From an uncultured delta proteobacterium (GTDB lineage: Bacteria > Desulfobacterota > Binatia > UBA9968), in assembly GCA_963816145.1 (NCBI GenBank), contig CAWFJP010000017.1, forward strand, positions 224,001 to 288,000: a stretch of 64,000 nucleotides of DNA, read 5' to 3'. The notes beneath the pieces are model-generated. The model did no database searches and was not told where the DNA came from. It was given only the letters and a program-made list of their open reading frames with translations. The translations under genes were made by a program, and so were the position numbers. This document shows, piece by piece, positions 1-8,774 of this stretch (within the stretch, counting starts at the first letter, position 1; each line of letters starts with the position of its first letter).

Positions 1-377
1 AATCCTTTGCTATCAAATTGGGGAAACTGGGGAAACTCTTTAGCGTCCATACCGAAGATCTTAAAAACCGACTTGCCGCTGCGAATCTCCACCCAATCGT
101 TATCCAAACGTTTTAATTGGATTTGATCGTTCGGCACTTCTCTAACGATTTCGTAAAGCTTTTTGGCATTGACCGTGACGCTACCTTCTCTAACGACCTC
201 ACCTTCGACACTACCACGTACTCCCACTTCAAGATCGGTGGCAGTAATTCGTATGCCGCTCTTCTGGGCTTCGATCATCACATTGGCGAGGATCGGCATG
301 GTGTTGCGCCGCTCGACAATGCTTTGAGTCCAATAAAGCGTTGCGAGAAGCTCTCCCCGCTTGGCTTTAATTTCCAT
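1..377 (-). CDS. dnaN: DNA polymerase III beta sliding clamp (5' part; runs off window start)
   Basis: Manual minus-strand translation from ATG at 377 (GGAGG RBS just upstream): MEIKAKRGELL...VERRNTMPILANV...ITATDLEV...AKKLYEIVRE...EFPQFP. Lies downstream of dnaA. Missing from the ORF track because no stop falls in the window. Confidence 0.95.
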   Translation of the reverse strand, partial: MEIKAKRGELLATLYWTQSIVERRNTMPILANVMIEAQKSGIRITATDLEVGVRGSVEGEVVREGSVTVNAKKLYEIVREVPNDQIQLKRLDNDWVEIRSGKSVFKIFGMDAKEFPQFPQFDSKG

Positions 378-399
378 ACTTCCTCCCGGTGACTTCTAC

Positions 400-616
400 T
401 ATCTTATATATATATAAAAATAAGAAGTAATAGTAGGGGCTGTGGAAAATGTGAGTAAACGCGTTTGCAGAGCGATTTCAGTAATATAGCCTGTGGCTTA
501 TTCTGGGGGATTATCCCGCCCATCGACACCTTAATTTGCTCAATGGCGAGTCAGGCACAGTCATCCACAGTTCGACAGGTATTGATAACAAGATATCGAC
601 AGCTATTTGTGGATAT
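400..616. other. Chromosomal replication origin oriC (dnaA-dnaN intergenic): AT-rich tract, DnaA-trios, DnaA boxes
   Basis: TTATATATATATAAAAA (~404-420); AAG-AAG-TAA-TAG-TAG trios (422-436); GGGC; box TGTGGAAAA (441-449) with tandem degenerate TGTGAGTAA (450-458); further box-like TCATCCACA (561-569) and TGTGGATAT (608-616). Confidence 0.88.
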
Positions 617-1937
617 TTAAATTGCGCTCGATGGTCGCGATGGTGGCCTGCATATTGGGGTCTTCTTTGATGCGGCGTTCGATGGTTTTGGACGCGTGAA
701 TAACGGTTGAGTGGTCTCGGCCGCCAAATTTATCACCGATACCAGGAAAAGACGTTTGCGTGTGTTTTCTGCACAAATACATCGCGACTTGGCGCGGAAA
801 GGCAATATTTTGCGTACGTCTTTTGGTTTTTAGGTCGCCGATTTTAAGATTGTAATGATCGCAAATGGTTTTCTGGATGCCTTCGACGGTGATTTCCCGT
901 TCATAATTTTTCAAGTTATTGCGCAAAACATCTTTGGCAAAATCGATGGTAATAGCCGCTTTGGTCAACGAAGAAAAGGCCCCCAAGCGGGTAAGCGAGC
1001 CTTCGAGCTCGCGCACGTTGGAGTGGATGTTGGAAGCCAGAAATATCGCCACGTCATCAGGCAACGGTACACCCTCAAATTCAGCCTTTTTTTGCAGAAT
1101 CGCGACTCTGGTTTCCATATCCGGCGGCTGGATGTCCGCGATCAAGCCCCACTCGAACCTGTTTCTCAGGCGATCCTCGATGCCTGGAATATCTTTGGGA
1201 AACTTGTCCGAAGTAATAACGATTTGTTTATGCGACTCGTAGAGCGAATTGAAGGTGTGGAAAAACTCCTCCTGGGTCCGTTCTTTACCAGCGATGAACT
1301 GAATATCGTCGATGATCAGGATATCGACATTGCGAAATTTTCTCTTGAATTCGTCCATCCGATCGCGCCGGAGCGAACTGATCAGTTCGTTCATGAACGA
1401 TTCGGAACTAAGATAAACGATTTTTAAATTTGGCCTTTTGGCCGCGGCATGATGTCCGATGGCGTTAACCAGATGGGTTTTGCCGAGACCGACACCGCCG
1501 TAGATAAATAGCGGATTGTAATGCTCGCCGGGTTGGTTGGCGACCGCGACACAAGCAGCGTGAGCAAACTGGTTGCTTGTACCTATAACGAAGTTCTCAA
1601 AGGTATACTTTTGTACCAGATGATTTGGACGCGGTTGCCGATCAAGCTGTTGGTCATCTTTGCGCTGGTTCTTTCCCTGTGTTTTTGTTTCATCGCCGTT
1701 TTGATCAACTTCTATAACGATCTTCAAGTCATGTTTGGCAATCCCGCTCATCACAGACTCTAGGTCGCTGAGGTAGTTCTGTCCGACCCAGTCGCGAAAA
1801 AATTTATTCGCAACCGCGACGACCATTTCATTCTTGTTCCGGGATACGAACCGGATCGGTTTGATCCAGGTATCGTAGTTTTGCTTACCGATCCGCTCTT
1901 TTATTTCCGCTTGCGCTTCAGCCCACAACTCAGCCAT
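603..1937 (-). CDS. dnaA: Chromosomal replication initiator DnaA
   Basis: YNPLFIYGGVGLGKTHL Walker A, IDDIQF, QEEFFHTFN, GGRDHSTV domain IV. Start set at MAELW (1937) because the longer ORF start would overlap the DnaA boxes. Confidence 0.98.
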   Translation of the reverse strand: MAELWAEAQAEIKERIGKQNYDTWIKPIRFVSRNKNEMVVAVANKFFRDWVGQNYLSDLESVMSGIAKHDLKIVIEVDQNGDETKTQGKNQRKDDQQLDRQPRPNHLVQKYTFENFVIGTSNQFAHAACVAVANQPGEHYNPLFIYGGVGLGKTHLVNAIGHHAAAKRPNLKIVYLSSESFMNELISSLRRDRMDEFKRKFRNVDILIIDDIQFIAGKERTQEEFFHTFNSLYESHKQIVITSDKFPKDIPGIEDRLRNRFEWGLIADIQPPDMETRVAILQKKAEFEGVPLPDDVAIFLASNIHSNVRELEGSLTRLGAFSSLTKAAITIDFAKDVLRNNLKNYEREITVEGIQKTICDHYNLKIGDLKTKRRTQNIAFPRQVAMYLCRKHTQTSFPGIGDKFGGRDHSTVIHASKTIERRIKEDPNMQATIATIERNLNIHK

Positions 1938-1995
1938 AGGAAAGACCAGTGAAAGTAAGATTTTCTGCCAAAAACAAAAAATAGTTACAAACAAC

Positions 1996-2017
1996 GTTAT
2001 CCACAGCTGTGGATAAC
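1996..2017. promoter_or_regulatory. Inverted pair of perfect DnaA boxes upstream of dnaA
   Basis: GTTATCCACAGCTGTGGATAAC: TTATCCACA (1997-2005) and TGTGGATAA (2008-2016). Confidence 0.9.
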
Positions 2018-2322
2018 TAAAAATCGCCAAAATCTATGTTGTAATAGGAATCGCTAAGAAAAAACTTGCCGGTAATATTATCTCACCGGAATGGTTCGTC
2101 CCAACACACACCGCAAATGATTTGCTTCGCCGCGCCGAGTGAGAAAATTTTTTTCTCAAACTATGAGCTCGCGGTAGTGAAAATACATTGCGTGTCATTG
2201 GGAAGGAAATCTCATATTCCTTTTCAAATTTCATTGCAAGAAAAAACTGAAGAATTTTTTTTCTCCTGCGATTCAACCAACTTGACTGGAATAGAGCGCG
2301 ATGTTACCAACACTCACTCCCG

Positions 2323-3612
2323 ATGGTTTCACGATCGAAAAAATATTTTGCCCGTGCTTTGAAAAAAATTCCCGGCGGAGTGAACAGTCCGGTGCGCGCA
2401 TGGCAGTCCGTCGGCGGCTCGCCATTGTTTATTTCACGCGCGAAAGGGAGCTACATTTTCGACGCGGACAACAGAAAGTACATCGACTTTGTCGGCTCCT
2501 GGGGGCCGATGATTCTCGGTCATGCCAATGCAAATATTATCCGGGCAATCGCTCGACGTGCTGCTAATGGGACAAGCTTCGGTGCACCAACACTAGGGGA
2601 AGTAGAGTTAGCGGAATTGGTCTCGCAGTGCATGCCATCAATCGAGAAACTTCGGCTGGTCAGCTCCGGCACGGAAGCGACGATGACTGCGATTCGATTG
2701 GCCCGCGCGTTTACTCGTCGATCCAAGCTCGTCAAGTTCGACGGCTGCTACCACGGCCACTCCGATGGCTTGCTGGTAAAAGCCGGATCCGGTGTCGCAA
2801 GCCTCAGTCTTCCCGATAGTCCAGGTGTTCCCGCAAGCGTTGCGCGCGAAACCCTGACAGCTACTTACAACGATTTACAATCGGTGCAAAAGCTTTTTGA
2901 TCGTTACGGCAAAGATATTGCCGCGGTTATCGTCGAACCGATCTGCGGCAATATGGGAGTGATTCCGCCACAGGCCAGTTTTCTTGCCGAGTTGCCCAAG
3001 ATTACGAAACGTTACGGCGCTTTGCTTATCTTTGACGAGGTGATCACCGGCTTTCGGGTAGCTTTGGGCGGAGCTCAACGACGCTATAACGTTGAGCCTG
3101 ATCTAACCTGTCTGGGTAAAGTTCTCGGCGGTGGACTGCCCATGGCGGCCTTTGGCGGCCGACGGCGAATTATGGAGCAGCTAGCTCCGCTTGGTCCGGT
3201 CTATCAAGCGGGAACCTTATCGGGTAATCCGTTGGCCGTTGCCGCCGGAACGGAAACTTTACAAATGCTGGCGCGGCCAGGATGTTACGAGATCCTCGAA
3301 ACCAAAGGTTGCCGGCTGGAGGATGGTTTAAGGGATACCATCCGCAAGCATGGAATTCAGGCCACGATCAACCGGGTCGGATCGATGTTAACCCTTTTCT
3401 TCGGCATTAGTTCGGTTGCGACCGTGGACGATGCCCGCCGTTGTGACCGCAAACAGTTCGCCAATTTTTTCCACGGTATGCTCAAACGCGGCATTTATTT
3501 GCCACCGGCGCCTTTTGAGGCTTGGTTCATCTCCCTGGCCCACTCAAATGCTCAATTGGACAGAACAATTGCTGCTTTTGACGACTGGGCCGACAGCTCC
3601 CAGCGCGGTTGA
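2323..3612 (+). CDS. hemL: Glutamate-1-semialdehyde 2,1-aminomutase
   Basis: IPGGVNSPVRA, SSGTEATM, GCYHGH, FDEVITGFR, LGKVLGGGLP, YQAGTLSGNP. Confidence 0.97.
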   Translation: MVSRSKKYFARALKKIPGGVNSPVRAWQSVGGSPLFISRAKGSYIFDADNRKYIDFVGSWGPMILGHANANIIRAIARRAANGTSFGAPTLGEVELAELVSQCMPSIEKLRLVSSGTEATMTAIRLARAFTRRSKLVKFDGCYHGHSDGLLVKAGSGVASLSLPDSPGVPASVARETLTATYNDLQSVQKLFDRYGKDIAAVIVEPICGNMGVIPPQASFLAELPKITKRYGALLIFDEVITGFRVALGGAQRRYNVEPDLTCLGKVLGGGLPMAAFGGRRRIMEQLAPLGPVYQAGTLSGNPLAVAAGTETLQMLARPGCYEILETKGCRLEDGLRDTIRKHGIQATINRVGSMLTLFFGISSVATVDDARRCDRKQFANFFHGMLKRGIYLPPAPFEAWFISLAHSNAQLDRTIAAFDDWADSSQRG

Positions 3613-3646
3613 TCCAGCCTAACCTTCATGCTAAAAACCTAGCGCA

Positions 3647-3934
3647 GTGGAAAAAATTGGGGGCCGCCCCAATCGTCAGAACGATAGTCGATCTCCGATC
3701 TTGCGCAGCGCAGGATTGTACTTGGGAGTTGCTTTCGAACTACCGGGTACCATTATTGGTGGATTGGTGCTCGGCTATTTCCTGGACGAATACTTCCGCA
3801 CTTCGCCTTGGTTACTGATAACGCTGACGGCATTGGCCTTCATTGGAGCTTTCGTCCGGCTGGTGCGGTGGGTAAAGGTGTTTGGCCGCAATCGTAATGG
3901 AAGCAACGGCCCGCAAGACCATACTGAGAATTGA
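3647..3934 (+). CDS. AtpZ/AtpI family membrane protein
   Basis: Two TM helices with G..LGYFLDEYF.TSPW motif, first gene before atpB. Confidence 0.8.
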   Translation: MEKIGGRPNRQNDSRSPILRSAGLYLGVAFELPGTIIGGLVLGYFLDEYFRTSPWLLITLTALAFIGAFVRLVRWVKVFGRNRNGSNGPQDHTEN

Positions 3935-4274
3935 ATGCTGGCATGGCGTCTTGTTGTTGGCATTGTTTTTCATCTTGGGACGGACCGCCGCAATTGACGG
4001 CACCGCTCTGATTGCCGGTGGTCTGTTCATGGGGGTTAATTTTCTCCTGCTGAGTTTCGGTGTCGCAGCAATTCTGACGCCGCTGGCGAGCAAAGGCAGA
4101 GTTAAACTAGGTGTTGGCTTGTTGCTGCTTAAGATTATATTTTTTTTGGCGCTGTTAACGACGGTTTTTTTTCGCTTTAATGTGGATGCGATTTCCTTTG
4201 CGCTGGGCTTTTCGACTTTGATTGTAGCAATAGTGGTCGAAGCGGTTCGCAGATCGCTGTGGATAGGGACGTAA
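3897..4274 (+). CDS. atpI: ATP synthase subunit I (4-TM)
   Basis: Hydrophobic ~125 aa protein directly upstream of atpB. Confidence 0.75.
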   Translation: MEATARKTILRIECWHGVLLLALFFILGRTAAIDGTALIAGGLFMGVNFLLLSFGVAAILTPLASKGRVKLGVGLLLLKIIFFLALLTTVFFRFNVDAISFALGFSTLIVAIVVEAVRRSLWIGT

Positions 4275-4280
4275 CGAAAT

Positions 4281-5072
4281 ATGGAACATCCGTATACATG
4301 GTATAACGCGCTGCCGGAAAGCTTGCAGCATATGTTCGGCGATCACACCTTTTTTGCGTTGATCGCGGCCGTGTTGCTGATACTGTTTGCGCTCAAAGCT
4401 CGTGGCGCCTTGGCGAAGGCCGCTGATCCTTTGGTCCCTGCGGCTGAGCTCGGGTCGAGAAACATCGCTGAGTTGATCGTTCAATTGATCGTCAGCCAGA
4501 GCGATGCGATCATTGGTAAAGCCGGGCGCAAATATGTGCCGTTCTACGGGACTTTTTTCTTCTTTATTCTATTAAGTAATCTAATGGGCCTGTTGCCGGG
4601 CTTCGCACCTCCCACTGGAAATCTAAACACTACTATTGGTCTCGCTTTGGTCTCGTTTATCGGCTACAACTTCATTGCCGTGCGCGAGATGGGTTCGGCT
4701 TATATAAAGGAATTTATCGGTCCGATGACTAGCCTGCCGGGATCGAACTTCATTTCCAAACTGGCGTTCTTGCCGGTCCTGCTACTTTCCGTATGTTTCT
4801 TTTTTATCCTGGAGAGTTTCTCCCACGTCTTTCGCCCGGTGTCGTTATCTTTGCGTCTGTTTGGCAACATGATGGGCGATCATGAAGTCATCGGCGCATT
4901 CATTAGTCTGACTAAACTAGTGGTACCGGTGGCGTTTTACTTCATGGGAACGCTGGTCTCGTTGATTCAAGCTTTTGTATTTACTTTGCTGAGCATGATC
5001 TACGTCGCCTTGGCGATCAGCCATGGCCATGACGAAGAGCATGGGCATGAAGCACAGGGATCACATCACTAA
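4281..5072 (+). CDS. atpB: F0F1 ATP synthase subunit a
   Basis: FFFILLSNLMGLLPG, RPVSLSLRLFGNM, IQAFVFTLLSMIY. Confidence 0.97.
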   Translation: MEHPYTWYNALPESLQHMFGDHTFFALIAAVLLILFALKARGALAKAADPLVPAAELGSRNIAELIVQLIVSQSDAIIGKAGRKYVPFYGTFFFFILLSNLMGLLPGFAPPTGNLNTTIGLALVSFIGYNFIAVREMGSAYIKEFIGPMTSLPGSNFISKLAFLPVLLLSVCFFFILESFSHVFRPVSLSLRLFGNMMGDHEVIGAFISLTKLVVPVAFYFMGTLVSLIQAFVFTLLSMIYVALAISHGHDEEHGHEAQGSHH

Positions 5073-5142
5073 GCGATGGGCCACCGTGGGGAGGATGAGG
5101 ACAGAGGGGTTGTCGGCCGGAATCGCTGGAAAGGAGAAAGAG

Positions 5143-5469
5143 ATGCAGAAATTATTCGCGATTTTCACCGCACTATTAGCAACGCTGATTTCTTCGGGTG
5201 TTGCCATGGCTGCGGCCGAAGGTGGCGCTGCGCCTGGTGACTCGAAAGCCGTAGCGATCGCAATCTCTGCCGGTGTGGCAGTTGCCATCGCCGCCTTTGG
5301 CGCCGCATTGGGCCAGGGCCGCGTCGGTGCCGCTGCCATGGAAAGCATTGGCCGCAATCCGAACGCCGCCGACAAGATCTTCTTGCCGCTGGTGCTGACA
5401 CTGGCGCTGCTTGAAGCTTTGGCGCTTTACGGTTTCGTCATCGCAATTCTCTTGCAAGGCAAGATCTAA
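5143..5469 (+). CDS. atpE: F0F1 ATP synthase subunit c with N-terminal hydrophobic extension
   Basis: GAALGQG...IGRNP...LALLEALALY; AAGGAG RBS before ATG 5143. Confidence 0.95.
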   Translation: MQKLFAIFTALLATLISSGVAMAAAEGGAAPGDSKAVAIAISAGVAVAIAAFGAALGQGRVGAAAMESIGRNPNAADKIFLPLVLTLALLEALALYGFVIAILLQGKI

Positions 5470-5495
5470 CTGCGAGAACGATCCATAGGACACCT

Positions 5496-5530
5496 AAAGG
5501 GTGAGGAGTTTTCTCCTCACCCTTTTTATT
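5496..5530. terminator. Intrinsic terminator between convergent atpE and dCMP deaminase
   Basis: AAAGGGTGAGGAG-TTTT-CTCCTCACCCTTT followed by a T-run. Confidence 0.85.
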
Positions 5531-5548
5531 TGGCTAAAAGGTCGATTC

Positions 5549-6007
5549 CTAGAGCGGCAGGTCAACTTTGTGGAGCTGGACTTGGGTGTAACGGAGGAGT
5601 TCATCCAGAGTGTGCAGCTTGTAGGGCTTGAGGTAGTAAATTTCCTTGATACCGGTGTTGACCAGGACTTTGAGACAGTGGATGCATGGTGTGTGGGTGA
5701 TGTAAATCGCCGCATCCTTTATGTTTGAGCCGTTCTTCGCCGCCTGGGCGATGGCATTCATCTCGGCGTGGATGGTGCGAAAGCAGTTCTGCTCGGTGTC
5801 GCCGTTGGGCGTTTTCGACTCATAAATCAAACAGCCAACGTCGGTGCAATGGGGCATCCCGGCAGGCGCGCCATTGTAACCGGTGGCGAGAATATTTTTG
5901 TCGCGCGCGATTACGGCGCCGACTTTGGCGCGCGAGCAGGTCGACCGCTCGGCCACTTGTAAAGTGATGGTCATGAAGTATTGATCCCAGCTCAACCGTT
6001 CACTCAT
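5549..6007 (-). CDS. dCMP deaminase / ComEB family zinc deaminase
   Basis: WDQYFM...RSTC...VGAV...TGYNG, HAEMNA, PCIHC. Start at MSERLSW. Confidence 0.92.
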   Translation of the reverse strand: MSERLSWDQYFMTITLQVAERSTCSRAKVGAVIARDKNILATGYNGAPAGMPHCTDVGCLIYESKTPNGDTEQNCFRTIHAEMNAIAQAAKNGSNIKDAAIYITHTPCIHCLKVLVNTGIKEIYYLKPYKLHTLDELLRYTQVQLHKVDLPL

Positions 6008-6023
6008 AGTTTCCTCAGCTCTT

Positions 6024-6806
6024 TTACTCTTTGACGGTAACCATGACTTTATCGCCGATTTTCGCCCCGGTCCGCTCCATGACATTACCTTGATTAATAG
6101 CGATTTCGAGCAAGCCCCAACTGTTAAACAGACAGGCAAACTCGCCGGCGCTGACCCCCGCGTAGGTTGTCACCAAGCCGCCCAGCGGGACGCCTTCCAA
6201 ACCGATCTGCAAGCGCTCCATGGGTAGCCCTGTCAAATCACGCTCGCGGATGTTTGTAAATAGATTGCCGAAGCTGTCGGTGTAGATGATTTCACCGTCG
6301 AGCCGTTTTTCGCCTCGGACAATTTGCGGCATAATCAGATTTACTAACGTATCTAGCGGCTTACCGAACGCCGTCGGCGGAACCCCTAAGGATAAGTGGG
6401 CCGCGACCGGAGCAAAAATATCTCGGCCATGAAAAGTCTTGCTGACCTGTTGCAGGTGGAAATCGGCATTGGTTAGTTCGACGATGCAGTCTGGCGGTTG
6501 ACGTTCCAGTGCCAGGCTCAAAACCCCATTATCGGGTCCGACAAAGTAGCTACCATCGTGTTCGAGCAGAATTGGCTTGCGAGCGCCGCCGACCCCTGGG
6601 TCGACGACAACGACGTGAATAGTGCCCACGGCAAAGTGGTGTATCGAGTGCTGGAGGATCAAGGCACCAGCCATAACGTTCTGCGCCGGCACGCCGTGGC
6701 TAAGATCGATGACTTGGGCTTGCGGATTGATCGCGGCGATTACCCCTTTCATGATACCGACGAATGGATCCTGATAGCCAAAATCTGTCGTGAGCGTGAT
6801 CAGCAT
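6024..6806 (-). CDS. DUF62 SAM hydroxide adenosyltransferase (SAM hydrolase; chlorinase/fluorinase family)
   Basis: ITLTTDFG, VVDPGVG..R, GPDNG, TFHGRDIFAP, DSFGNLFTN. The His in TFHGRD is typical of the hydrolase branch. Confidence 0.9.
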   Translation of the reverse strand: MLITLTTDFGYQDPFVGIMKGVIAAINPQAQVIDLSHGVPAQNVMAGALILQHSIHHFAVGTIHVVVVDPGVGGARKPILLEHDGSYFVGPDNGVLSLALERQPPDCIVELTNADFHLQQVSKTFHGRDIFAPVAAHLSLGVPPTAFGKPLDTLVNLIMPQIVRGEKRLDGEIIYTDSFGNLFTNIRERDLTGLPMERLQIGLEGVPLGGLVTTYAGVSAGEFACLFNSWGLLEIAINQGNVMERTGAKIGDKVMVTVKE

Positions 6807-6896
6807 GGTACCCATTTCCAAGCTGAAGGATATTCTAAGCCAATATGGTTTTGGGCGTAAGCCCTCGCCACGACCAACACCGATGGTCAGTACCGT

Positions 6897-7844
6897 TTAA
6901 AGTTGCTCTAAAACCGCGGCGAACAATAGTGGCACCATGATTTCCATATGGCCGATGAGATTATAGCCTTTGCCGCCATGCATGGTCGGGCGGTTGACGA
7001 CGTTGGTGAGCGGCCGGTAGTGCTGGAGAAAGTCGAGATTGACAGTTGTTAGATTGCGAATCGGGTGACCGAGGTTGCGCGCCAAGCTGACGGCTTTCAA
7101 AAACACCTCCGGCAATACGACGGCCGAACCGAAGTTGAGATAAATTCCACGATCGAGAGTCGCGACCACGGAAGTCAGCGTGTGAAAGTCCCGTAGGCTG
7201 CAATCGCCAAGCGCTTTGCCGTCAGCTTTGGGATGCATGTGGATAATATCGGTACCGATGGCGATGTGGGAAGTGACGGGAATTCCTAGCCGGGTGGCGG
7301 TCGAGAGTATGCTTAATTTGCGATGGGGAAGACGGCGCTGATTGATCGCCAGACCCACAGCTGCGCCTATACCCAGGCTACTGCGCGAGCCATCGATGAT
7401 CGCTTGATTGATGAAACGGCCGGTCTCTTCCCCCATCCCGAAACTGCCGTCTTTGAGCGCTGCGGCGACGTCTTCCGAGGTCTCGCCCATGTAGGCGAAC
7501 TCAAAGTCGTGAATCACGCCGGCGCCGTTGAGTGCGATTGCATCGATGATGCCGCGCTCCATGAAGTCGATGATCAGCGGACTAAGTCCGACTTTGATCG
7601 GGTGAGCGCCCATGCCGAGCAGAACCGTGCGATTCTTCAAATGGCACTCGGCGATCTTGCGGGCTATCTCGATCAAATTCTGCGCCGCAAGGATCTCCGG
7701 CAAGCCACGCAAGAATGCCCGCATACTCGCGCCCTTGGTCAGTTTCTTGCCGAGCAGCGAAGTTTGTACCTTGCTCAAGCGCTGACGGACCGGATAAGTC
7801 CTGACCTTACGAAAATCGAGCGGTTTGAAACGCTTATTTGGCAT
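6897..7844 (-). CDS. Deoxyhypusine-synthase-like conserved protein (GSU2086-type)
   Basis: GMGAHPIKVGLSP, NGAGVIHDFE, TSEDV, IGTDIIHMHP, GSAVVLPEVFLKA. Confidence 0.65.
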   Translation of the reverse strand: MPNKRFKPLDFRKVRTYPVRQRLSKVQTSLLGKKLTKGASMRAFLRGLPEILAAQNLIEIARKIAECHLKNRTVLLGMGAHPIKVGLSPLIIDFMERGIIDAIALNGAGVIHDFEFAYMGETSEDVAAALKDGSFGMGEETGRFINQAIIDGSRSSLGIGAAVGLAINQRRLPHRKLSILSTATRLGIPVTSHIAIGTDIIHMHPKADGKALGDCSLRDFHTLTSVVATLDRGIYLNFGSAVVLPEVFLKAVSLARNLGHPIRNLTTVNLDFLQHYRPLTNVVNRPTMHGGKGYNLIGHMEIMVPLLFAAVLEQL

Positions 7845-7854
7845 GGCAACTCGT

Positions 7855-8433
7855 TTACTTGGCTGGATATAGCGTGGTGTCAACTATCTCGCAGATCACA
7901 TGGCCGATCAAAATATGGCTCTCTTGAATACGCGCAGTGTCTGTACTGGCGCCGACGTTGAGAAGATAATCCACTTCGTTAGCCATCTTGCCACCGCCGC
8001 CGCCGGTAAGCCCGATCGTGCGAATGTTAGCCTGCTTGCAGACGGTCAACGCGGCAAGGACATTGGCGGAATTGCCGCTGGTTGAGATCGCGATCGCGAC
8101 ATCGCCGGGCTTGCCGAGTGCCTGCACTTGTTTGGCGAACACCTGGGTGTAATCGTAATCATTGGCGATGCTGGTGAGCGCTGATGAATCGGTGGTCAGC
8201 GCGATGGCGGGCAGGGGTGGTCGTTCGACCCGAAAGCGATTGACAAATTCCGCGGCGATATGTTGGGCGTCGGCGGCGCTGCCGCCGTTGCCGAAAAGCA
8301 GCAGTTTGTTACCCACTTGGAGCGCCGCGACAACGGCATCGATAACCTTGATGAGAATATCGACATTGTCCCGTAAGAAAGCTTGCTTGACCCGGATGCT
8401 GTCGGCGAAAGCCGCGTTGATGACGTCCTTCAT
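7855..8433 (-). CDS. gmhA: D-sedoheptulose 7-phosphate isomerase
   Basis: GNGGSAADAQHIAAEF, ANDYDY, ISTSGNS, RIQESH. Confidence 0.96.
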   Translation of the reverse strand: MKDVINAAFADSIRVKQAFLRDNVDILIKVIDAVVAALQVGNKLLLFGNGGSAADAQHIAAEFVNRFRVERPPLPAIALTTDSSALTSIANDYDYTQVFAKQVQALGKPGDVAIAISTSGNSANVLAALTVCKQANIRTIGLTGGGGGKMANEVDYLLNVGASTDTARIQESHILIGHVICEIVDTTLYPAK

Positions 8434-8459
8434 TGCTTTTTCTCGTATTGTTTCGCCAT

Positions 8460-8711
8460 CTAGCCTGGCACGCCGCCTTTGACCATCGCTTGATTAGACC
8501 AGTCACGGATGATCTGTTCTTCGTCGGCGCACTCGATTTGCGAACCGCCTTTCTTGCGGTCGAGCGAGGGCTGATACTTCTCGATATGGTCTTTACGAAT
8601 ATCTTCGACGAATAATATTTTGACGACCGAGATGCCTTCGCCGTCGATCCAGCGGTCATAGCTCGACTTGGCGCCTTCGGGGACTTCCCAGGAGTATTGT
8701 GACTCAGCCAT
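8460..8711 (-). CDS. Short hypothetical protein, possibly an internally deleted gene remnant
   Basis: 83 aa ORF co-oriented in the operon: SSYDRWIDGEGI...KKGGSQIECADEE. Confidence 0.45.
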   Translation of the reverse strand: MAESQYSWEVPEGAKSSYDRWIDGEGISVVKILFVEDIRKDHIEKYQPSLDRKKGGSQIECADEEQIIRDWSNQAMVKGGVPG

Positions 8712-8774
8712 GTGATTTTCCTGTTGCAAGCGTGGGAATTTTTATCACAGAGCCGGCGGCGATAAAAGCTCGCT

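Noticed and set aside
117-392. Plus-strand 91-aa ORF and the many other antisense or nested ORFs in the track
   Set aside because: They are shadows of well-supported genes (here dnaN) with no recognisable motifs.
3647-5469. Incomplete ATP synthase operon
   Set aside because: Separate atpIBE and atpF-F1 clusters are normal in deltaproteobacteria-like genomes.
6024-6806. Fluorinase/chlorinase feeding the BGC
   Set aside because: The TFHGRD motif indicates the common hydrolase branch, and the gene is in a housekeeping run >30 kb from the cluster.
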